Below, one piece after another: positions 1-7,819 of a stretch of DNA of 25,537 nt. Both the position numbers and the translations under genes were made by a program. The notes beneath the pieces are model-generated. The model was not told where the DNA came from and searched no databases. It saw only the letters and a program-made list of their open reading frames with translations. The stretch's first letter is position 1; each line of letters starts with the position of its first letter. Location of the stretch: sequence record OY723344.1; one strand, written 5' to 3'.

Positions 1-326
1 TGGTCTCCAGATCTGCACATCCCCAGACCCTAATCCGATACCCACAGCATATGGTCTCATAGTATGTATCTAATGGTGATGGTATCCATAGTGGTCTGTA
101 TCCCTACTACACACACCATGGTATGTAGTGCATATGGTCTGTATGCCCTCATGGTCTCTGGATCCCTGCATCCCTGGATCCCATACCCATGGCATCCCCA
201 GACCCCGGATCTCATGATTTGAGACCCCAAATCCATCATTTTGAGACCTCTAAAATCATCATTTTAGACCCCAAAACCATGGATTTCAGGTCCTCAGATA
301 TGCTCTCCGGGATGCTCGTAATGGTC

Positions 327-1097
327 ATAATGGCTCTCAGAGGATATGGGGATACTCCCCGTAGGCCTCTCGGTAGCCCAGGATGCACGGAGGGACATTC
401 CCTGTGGAGGTGATCTCCTCAGGTATCCCGTATGCCATATCCTGTCATTAGGTACCCATTCCGACCCATTCCATGTCATCAAATCATGTGTTTTCATGTC
501 ATCAAATGCATGCCAATACCATGATATCTGGTGTTACAGGGACTCCTCTAGATACCCATAGTACTCCATATACTCCCGTAATGGTGTAATGGTACCCGTA
601 GCCCCCATGTCCTATATACCATAGGATACATGGTCTGCTGGTATGTATCTAGTAGTACTCGTTGCCTGTACCCCTCCGAAAGGGTCTAAATACACCATTT
701 TAGGGGTCTAAATCACCCATTTTAGGGTCCCAAAAGTGCTCATGGGGGTACCCCCACGAGCCCTTTTTATGACCATTTCTGGGCTTGATTTGCGGACCCC
801 TTTTGGGGGATTGAATCACCCGTTTTGGTACCTCCAGAAAGGTGCCAAAAGTGGTCATTTTAGACACCCCAAATCATGTATTTGGACCCTTTTGGGGACC
901 TCATACCATGGCACCATCCTCTGAGCACATACCATGTATCTAGAGGATATGGTCTCCATAGGTATCATGAGGGATACCCCTACCCTATGATATAGGTACC
1001 ATGCAGAGCATGTGTACTCCTTATAGCATATGTAGTGATCCCCATGGTCTCTAAGGGATCTGGTGATGTCCTGGATATCACCATAATCATGTAATCT
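327..1097 (+). repeat. S sub-repeat, U1 copy 1 (c-box at 327-450)
   Basis: Runs from ataatggctctcagagg to catgtaatct. Contains the c-box, a T-like monomer, the dyad-box module 682-900 and an S tail. Confidence 0.85.
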
Positions 1098-1102
1098 GAG
1101 TA

Positions 1103-1136
1103 CATCAGATCATGTGTTTGATGACATGATCTGATG
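1103..1136. repeat. 34-bp palindrome at the left junction of the insert region
   Basis: Arms catcagatcatgt (1103-1115) and acatgatctgatg (1124-1136) are exact reverse complements, separated by 8 nt. The first arm is the normal T head motif. Confidence 0.8.
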
Positions 1137-1186
1137 CCATGATCTCATGATCTGATGGTATGATGAGTACGTGCATAGGTACCAAT

Positions 1187-1286
1187 GCATAGTCTCTCTA
1201 CATGGCCTATACACTGCCATACAGGGAGTGAGGGACCAGGGAGAGACTATGCATTGGTATACGATAACGTGACCCTTAACATGACC
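1187..1286 (+). repeat. Left inverted-repeat arm of the insert
   Basis: The arm gcatagtctctctacatggcc...cccttaacatgacc is the reverse complement of 2786-2886. It contains its own 12-bp inverted pair, gcatagtctctc (1187-1198) and gagagactatgc (1241-1252). Confidence 0.85.
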
Positions 1287-2506
1287 AGTACATGGCATAC
1301 GAGCATGCATAGCACCGATGTCTCCTCCTAGTAACAGTACATGTACAGACAGCAGTCCCGTCAGCATACCATATACAGCACCTATTAGTCAGATGATGCC
1401 CTAATAATGGAGCTCGATATGCATATATCTTACTTCCGCGAGGTCGAGGAGATACCTGCCTGTCTTTCCCTGGGGAGCTCCCGAGGTGTACAATCACAGG
1501 CTGGCCCCGCTGCGTTGAGTAGTGCATAAGTTCTGAGCTATTGGGCATGGCAGTGTGCAGAGGAATCTCGGGATAGGTGTAAGGTCTCCGTTAGTCAACT
1601 GGTCACCATGCCATAGACCTGTTAGGTCTAAACACTATACGTGCTAACCGTAGCGTCTGACTGTGCCCTATACCTACTCGTATCGCTGCATGTCCTGTAT
1701 ATACCATACTAGCATATATCTGATAGCATACGTCCTCAGCGATGACTGTCTCCAGCATATATTGCGTTGGGTAGGAAGAGTACTCCTGCTCACGAGCCAC
1801 TACTTGGTATATTGCGTTGCATATCAGTATGCTGGGCTCATCAGTATGCTGGTATGCACGAGCTATTGATCAGATCCGACTGTAACTGTGTTGTGCGAGA
1901 TCCGACGGATTAGGGTTGGTACCTGACGTCTGTGAATGCGAAGCTCGCCAATGACGCCCTGTCCTCTCTAGTAGCACTTGGCTATCAACCAAGCAGGTGC
2001 TAGAGCTCTTAAGGACCGGTACGTTACGTGATGCCTAGCTACGTCAAGTATTAGAGGTGAGTCAGAGGTATCCCCTGTCTGGCTGCGCAGGCTGCTTCGG
2101 CAGGTGCCCACGTCAGAACATGGTATCGAGTACTTATAGTATGGTGCTTAAATGTGTTGTATCAGCCGGGGCTGATAACCTCGCGCTAGAGCCACTACCA
2201 TACGATCCTCCTTAAGAGACGGCCACGCTACGAGGCGCACTCATAGACCCTACCGGAACCTGTCTAGGATATCAGGCCACTTAGTTAAGTCTGTCGACAC
2301 TTCCAAATGGGTGGCTCCTCCGAAACAGTTAGCAGTCAGACGCGTTTGACTGTCGTAGATTTGGGGCGGGTTAGTGTCCGTAACCATGTCTCGCGCACTG
2401 GCTTGCAGTTGTCAGTGGTACTCCGTGAACAGACATGTGCTAACAGCCCCATCTTAACTGGATACGATCTGGCACGTGGTGATGGGATGAGCCCCCTGAT
2501 CCAATA

Positions 2507-2652
2507 CACGACACGATCTGACAGTATCTGATAGTACACGATCTGACACGATCTGACAGTATCTGACAGTATCTGACAGTATCTGATAGTACACGATCTG
2601 ACACAACACGACCTGATAGTACACGATCTGACATGATCTGATACAACACGAC
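2507..2652 (+). repeat. Sub-terminal ATCTGA decamer array inside the insert
   Basis: Ten exact atctga hexamers plus one acctga variant, spaced 10 or 15 bp apart (starts 2516, 2526, 2541, 2551, 2561, 2571, 2581, 2596, 2611 variant, 2626, 2636). Units are agtatctgac and acgatctgac. Confidence 0.85.
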
Positions 2653-2785
2653 AGTACTGTGTATGATACAATACTGCTGTGCTGGATCTCTCATACCACC
2701 ATTGTGTATTGTGCAGAACACCATTACACATATTGCGTGATAGCTGTATCGTACTGTCTAAGCATATCTGTATTACATGAGTATA

Positions 2786-2886
2786 GGTCATGTTAAAGGT
2801 CACGTTATCGTATACTAGTGCATAGTCTCTCCCTTGGTCCCTCACTCCCTGCATGGCAGTGTATAGACCATGTAGATAGACTATGC
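2786..2886 (-). repeat. Right inverted-repeat arm of the insert
   Basis: Reverse complement of 1187-1286. Internal 12-bp inverted pair at 2820-2831 and 2875-2886, with one mismatch. Confidence 0.85.
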
Positions 2887-3238
2887 ACTAATACGATGTG
2901 TATACCTATCCATTAACTACATCATTAGATACATCAAACCATGTGTTTCATGTCATTAGATGTATCAATACATGATACTACTAGTACTCTCTAGATACTC
3001 ATAGTACTCCATACACCTCTGCAATGGTGGTATGGTACCCGTACTCCCCATGTACTGTATACCATAGGATACATGGCACTAATGGTGTGTATGCTGTTGT
3101 ACTAGTGGTATTAGATGTGTATACCTACTCATAATGAGTACTTCATGTCATCAAAACACATGATTTCATGTCATCAAATCTATGCAATTACATGATATTC
3201 CGTGTATCTAATGATGTGCTGGATACTCCCTAATGGCC
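2887..3238 (+). repeat. T-monomer block, U1 (right flank of the insert up to S2)
   Basis: Contains a divergent T tail and head at 2896-2960, a T body, and a head with the inverted core at 3144-3175. Confidence 0.75.
3153..3166. other. 14-bp core of the T head motif in inverted orientation (U1)
   Basis: The sequence catgtcatc-aaaacacatgattt-catgtcatc replaces the usual catgtcatc-aaatcatgtgtttt-catgtcatc (e.g. 3393-3406). The two 14-mers are exact reverse complements. Confidence 0.9.
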
Positions 3239-4009
3239 ATAATGGCTCTTAGAGGATATGGGGATGCTCCCCGTAGGCCTCTCGGTAGCCTGGATGTGCA
3301 GAGAGGGTATTCCCTGTGGAGGTGGTCTCCTCAGGTATCCCGTATGCCATATCCTGCCATTAGATGTGTATACCTACTCATTTCATGTCATCAAATCATG
3401 TGTTTTCATGTCATCAAATGCATGCCAATACCATGATATCTGGTGTTACAGGGACTCCTCTAGATACCCATAATACTCCATATACTCCCGTAATGGTGTA
3501 ATGGTACCCGTAGCCCCCATGTCCTATATACCATAGGATACATGGTCTGCTGGTATGTATCTAGTAGTACTCGTTGCCTGTACCCCTCCGAAAGGGTCTA
3601 AATACACCATTTTAGGGGTCTAAATCACCCATTTTAGGGTCCCAAAAGTGCTCATGGGGGTACCCCCACGAGCCCTTTTTATGACCATTTCTGGGCTTGA
3701 TTTGCGGACCCCTTTTGGGGGATTGAATCACCCGTTTTGGTACCTCCAGAAAGGTGCCAAAAGTGGTCATTTTAGACACCCCAAATCATGTATTTGGACC
3801 CTTTTGGGGACCTCATACCATGGCACCATCCTCTGAGCACATACCATGTATCTAGAGGATATGGTCTCCATAGGTATCATGAGGGATACCCCTACCCTAT
3901 GATATAGGTACCATGCAGAGCATGTGTACTCCTTATAGCATATGTAGTGATCCCCATGGTCTCTAAGGGATCTGGTGATGTCCTGGATATCACCATAATC
4001 ATGTAATCT
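3239..4009 (+). repeat. S sub-repeat, U1 copy 2 (c-box at 3239-3362)
   Basis: Paralog of 327-1097. The main differences lie in the central c-box (tagcctggatgtgcagagagggtatt) and just after it. Confidence 0.85.
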
Positions 4010-4892
4010 GAGTACATCAAATCATGTGTTTTCATGTCATCAAATGCATGCATTTACATGATGATACTGCTCATGAGTACCTACCCGTAGTAGTATACAT
4101 GTAGTATCCATGGTATACATAGTACTCGTAGTGTATGCTGTTAGGCTATGATGTAGGGGTATCCCGTACCCCTCATACCATCCGTGCATACTACTAGTAT
4201 CCTGTATATCACTAGATACTGTATATGATCATACGTGCAAACCATGTGTTCAGATGTCTCGAAACATGTGTTTTGGTGTCATGACATACACATTCTATAC
4301 TACTAATGAGTACCTGTACATGGTATGTGCTGTAAGGGATACTAGGGGATATGGTGCATACCTCTAATGGGGCATATGCTGCCATTAGGGATACCCCCAA
4401 TACCTGTAGTACTCTGTATAGCTCATTACACCATGATATGCAATAGTAGTGGATTCGCTCATCTCGACTAGATCATGTCACGAAATGACATGTTTCAGGA
4501 GATGTGCTGATACCCACTAGTAACACAGATACTGTATGGTATGCAGGTATCCCCATTCCCTCGATAAAGAGGCATCAGGGGATATGCACATGCCACCAGT
4601 ACACTAAGGGATCCAAGGGGTGCCAAAAGGGGTCCAAAAGTGCTCATTTAGGGGTACCCGTAAATGGCATAATTGCCCCGATTTCGCGTACTCATATTCC
4701 TAAGGTCACTGTAAGGAATATGGTCTCCGGCGATGGCATTCCCATTGTGTGCATCCGGAAAGGGCATAAAATGACCCATTTTAGGCACTTTTGGGCCTTT
4801 TGGGGTCGCGAAAGTGCACATTAAGACCCCTAATGTCTCCAAAAGGGTCCAAAATGATGCATTCGTTTTCTGCCTGACTCGGATCCGCCCTT

Positions 4893-4910
4893 CGCGCGCG
4901 CGCGCGTGTG
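4893..4910. repeat. (CG)7(TG)2 alternating purine-pyrimidine tract (U1)
   Basis: Read directly as cgcgcgcgcgcgcgtgtg. Confidence 0.95.
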
Positions 4911-5316
4911 TTACTATACACTAAGGGCACACAATTTAGGGGTTCCGAGCACCTCCAGACCCCCAATCCGACACCCTCTGGGATACCCTATCTGAGGGGT
5001 ACGGGCCCGAATCCCTTAGGAGCACCTTAGGGATGGCATTGGGGAGGGGTCTGGGAGCACCCAGAAAGGGTCCCAAAACGAGTGATTTAGGGTCCAAAAC
5101 ACCCATTTTGGGAGGTCTCGGGATACCTCAGATACCCCATTTCTGGAGGTCTTGGGTCCTCAGATCATGGCATCCGTGTCCTCAGATACCTAATACCTAT
5201 GGTCTGCGAGTCCTTAGTACCTATCTGCATGGTCTGTATGCCCGTATCCTCTGTGCCATGTCCTCTGTGCATGTCCTCAGTACCTCTCTGCGAGTCCTTA
5301 GTACCTAATGCCTATA

Positions 5317-5364
5317 CCTATCTGCATACCTATCTGCATACCTATCTGCATACCTATCTGCACA
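5317..5364 (+). repeat. 12-bp minisatellite cctatctgcata, 4 copies (U1)
   Basis: Read directly as three cctatctgcata repeats followed by cctatctgcaca. Confidence 0.95.
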
Positions 5365-5762
5365 GGTCCTCAGATACATCGCGAGCATCCCCGGACCCCA
5401 TATCTCATGATCTGATGGTCTCCGGATCCGCTCATGGTCTCCAGATCTGCACATCCCCAGACCCCTAATCCGATACCCACAGCATATGGTCTCATAGTAT
5501 GTATCTAATGGTGATGGTATCCATAGTGGTCTGTATCCCTACTACACACACCATGGTATGTAGTGCATATGGTCTGTATGCCCTCATGGTCTCTGGATCC
5601 CTGCATCCCTGGATCCCATACCCATGGCATCCCCAGACCCCCGGATCTCATGATTCCAGACCCCAAATCCATCATTTTGAGACCTCTAAAATCATCATTT
5701 TAGACCCCAAAACCATGGATTTCAGGTCCTCAGATATGCTCTCCGGGATGCTCGTAATGGTC

Positions 5763-6532
5763 ATAATGGCTCTCAGAGGATATGGGGATACTCCCCGTAG
5801 GCCTCTCGGTAGCCCAGGATGCACGGAGGGACATTCCCTGTGGAGGTGATCTCCTCAGGTATCCCGTATGCCATATCCTGTCATTAGGTACCCATTCCGA
5901 CCCATTCCATGTCATCAAATCATGTGTTTTCATGTCATCAAATGCATGCCAATACCATGATATCTGGTGTTACAGGGACTCCTCTAGATACCCATAGTAC
6001 TCCATATACTCCCGTAATGGTGTAATGGTACCCGTAGCCCCCATGTCCTATATACCATAGGATACATGGTCTGCTGGTATGTATCTAGTAGTACTCGTTG
6101 CCTGTACCCCTCCGAAAGGGTCTAAATACACCATTTTAGGGGTCTAAATCACCCATTTTAGGGTCCCAAAAGTGCTCATGGGGGTACCCCCACGAGCCCT
6201 TTTTATGACCATTTCTGGGCTTGATTTGCGGACCCCTTTTGGGGGATTGAATCACCCGTTTTGGTACCTCCAGAAAGGTGCCAAAAGTGGTCATTTTAGA
6301 CCCCTAAATCATGTATTTAGACCCTTTTGGGGACCTCATACCATGGCACCATCCTCTGAGCACATACCATGTATCTAGAGGATATGGTCTCCATAGGCAT
6401 CATGAGGGATACCCCTACCCTATGATATAGGTACCATGCAGAGCATGTGTACTCCTTATAGCATATGTAGTGATCCCCATGGTCTCTAAGGGATCTGGTG
6501 ATGTACTGGATATCACCATAATCATGTAATCT
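5763..6532 (+). repeat. S sub-repeat, U2 copy 1 (c-box at 5763-5886)
   Basis: Same block as 327-1097. There is a small variant near 6300-6320 (tagacccctaaatcatgtatttagaccc). Confidence 0.85.
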
Positions 6533-7048
6533 GAGTACATCAAATCATGTGTTTTCATGTCATCAAATGCATGCAATATCATGATATCTGGTGTCTACTG
6601 GATACCCTCTATACATCATATAGTACCCAAATACCTGCAAGGGCGGATCCTTATGGTTCCCCTTGTACGGATATGCTGTAGTACTAGTGTTAGTGGGTAC
6701 CATAATGAGTACATATCGAGTACTTCATATCATCAAATCATGTGTTTCATGTCATCAAATGCATGCCAATACATGATATCTGGTGATTACTGGATACTCC
6801 CTATATACCATATAGTACTCCATACACCTCTGCATGGTGTAATGGTACCCGTACTCCCCATGTACTGTATACCATAGGATACATGGTACTAATGGTGTGT
6901 ATGCTGTTGTACTAGTGGTATTAGATGTGTATACCTACTCATAATGAGTACTTCATGTCATCAAAACACATGATTTCATGTCATCAAATCTATGCAATTA
7001 CATGATATTCCGTGTATCTAATGATGTGCTGGATACTCCCTAATGGCC
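6533..7048 (+). repeat. T-monomer block, U2
   Basis: Heads starting gagtac at 6533, 6718 and 6945. Monomers are about 185 and 227 bp, and the last is truncated at the c-box. Confidence 0.8.
6963..6976. other. Inverted 14-bp head core (U2)
   Basis: Same as 3153-3166. Confidence 0.9.
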
Positions 7049-7819
7049 ATAATGGCTCTTAGAGGATATGGGGATACTCCCCGTAGGCCTCTCGGTAGCC
7101 TGGATGTGCAGAGAGGGTATTCCCTGTGGAGGTGGTCTCCTCAGGTATCCCGTATGCCATATCCTGTCATTAGATGTGTATACCTACTCATTTCATGTCA
7201 TCAAATCATGTGTTTTCATGTCATCAAATGCATGCCAATACCATGATATCTGGTGTTACAGGGACTCCTCTAGATACCCATAGTACTCCATATACTCCCG
7301 TAATGGTGTAATGGTACCCGTAGCCCCCATGTCCTATATACCATAGGATACATGGTCTGCTGGTATGTATCTAGTAGTACTCGTTGCCTGTACCCCTCCG
7401 AAAGGGTCTAAATACACCATTTTAGGGGTCTAAATCACCCATTTTAGGGTCCCAAAAGTGCTCATGGGGGTACCCCCACGAGCCCTTTTTATGACCATTT
7501 CTGGGCTTGATTTGCGGACCCCTTTTGGGGGATTGAATCACCCGTTTTGGTACCTCCAGAAAGGTGCCAAAAGTGGTCATTTTAGACACCCCAAATCATG
7601 TATTTGGACCCTTTTGGGGACCTCATACCATGGCACCATCCTCTGAGCACATACCATGTATCTAGAGGATATGGTCTCCATAGGTATCATGAGGGATACC
7701 CCTACCCTATGATATAGGTACCATGCAGAGCATGTGTACTCCTTATAGCATATGTAGTGATCCCCATGGTCTCTAAGGGATCTGGTGATGTCCTGGATAT
7801 CACCATAATCATGTAATCT
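7049..7819 (+). repeat. S sub-repeat, U2 copy 2 (c-box at 7049-7172)
   Basis: Lies 1286 bp downstream of the first U2 copy. Same block as 3239-4009. Confidence 0.85.

Larger units (their letters stand above)
1187..2886. mobile_element. 1.7 kb inverted-repeat-bounded insert: candidate non-autonomous TIR/foldback element, or an inverted-duplication scar
   Basis: Bounded by arms 1187-1286 and 2786-2886, which are reverse complements (6 substitutions and one 1-bp indel by hand alignment). The interior has no similarity to the array. At the same place U2, U4, U5 and U6 have about 170 bp of ordinary T-monomer sequence. Confidence 0.5.
1..5434. repeat. Unit U1 (alpha-long, carries the 1.7 kb insert)
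   Basis: Runs from tggtctccagatctgc at 1 to the same motif at 5435. Layout: leader, S1, insert, T block, S2, tail. Confidence 0.9.
4010..5434 (+). repeat. Tail block, U1 (one per unit)
   Basis: Runs from gagtacatcaaatc...catttacatgatgatactgc to gatccgctca. Homologous blocks occur in all six units. Confidence 0.85.

Noticed and set aside
406-415. ggaggtgatc within the c-box is a 10-nt perfect complement to the bacterial 16S rRNA 3' tail (GAUCACCUCC), so it could be a very strong Shine-Dalgarno sequence.
   Set aside because: The next ATG is about 20 nt downstream and opens only a 30-codon frame. The S2-type c-boxes have ggaggtggtc. No ORF is conserved behind it. I treat this as coincidental.
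2168-2180. ggggctgataacc resembles the 5' end of tmRNA (GGGGCUGAU...).
   Set aside because: There is no tRNA-like 3' domain (T-arm followed by CCA), no tag reading frame and no other tmRNA hallmark nearby. The 9-nt match forms a local hairpin with atcagc at 2161-2166.
2336-2854. The longest ORF in the window (172 aa, minus strand; twin at 11536-12054).
   Set aside because: It starts inside the right inverted-repeat arm. Its central third is the translation of the ATCTGA decamer array (VRSCTIRSCCVRSCTIRYCQILSD...). A second 94-aa ORF overlaps it in another frame on the same strand. I recognise no motif from any protein family. It is most likely open by chance because of the repeat composition.
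4504-4824. ORF family of 106-109 aa in the tail block (4504-4824, 13704-14024, 21202-21531), considered as a possible small basic Cys/His-rich protein.
   Set aside because: It is intact in only 3 of 6 units. The state shared by alpha and beta units (a4...t4, as in U2, U4 and U6) is frameshifted. The two intact versions arise from different single-base homopolymer changes (t3 in U1/U3, a3 in U5). Starts are GTG or TTG, with no obvious ribosome-binding context. Antisense ORFs of similar size overlap it (4648-4842 and 8278-8481). No recognisable domain is present. A BLASTP/HHpred search plus a dN/dS comparison among copies would settle it.
5003-5015. gggcccgaatccc resembles a tRNA T-arm/T-loop (GGTTCGAATCC).
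   Set aside because: I could not draw an acceptor stem, D-arm or anticodon arm around it. It recurs in every unit as part of the tail block. tRNAscan-SE would confirm its absence.
5199-5849. Possible long ORF under an alternative genetic code: 5199-5468 and 5499-5849 are in the same frame.
   Set aside because: The two frames are separated by TAA (5469-5471), and the second ends at TGA with further TGA codons just downstream. No single stop-codon reassignment opens the frame. All three stop codons are frequent in all frames across the window, and the translated sequence is low-complexity repeat (YLHTYLHTYLHT).
5908-5950. CRISPR-like appearance of the short direct repeat catgtcatcaaat within head motifs.
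   Set aside because: There are only two copies per head, separated by 11 bp. The sequence between heads is itself repeated (T monomers) rather than unique spacers. No array of 25-40-bp repeats with variable spacers exists anywhere in the window.
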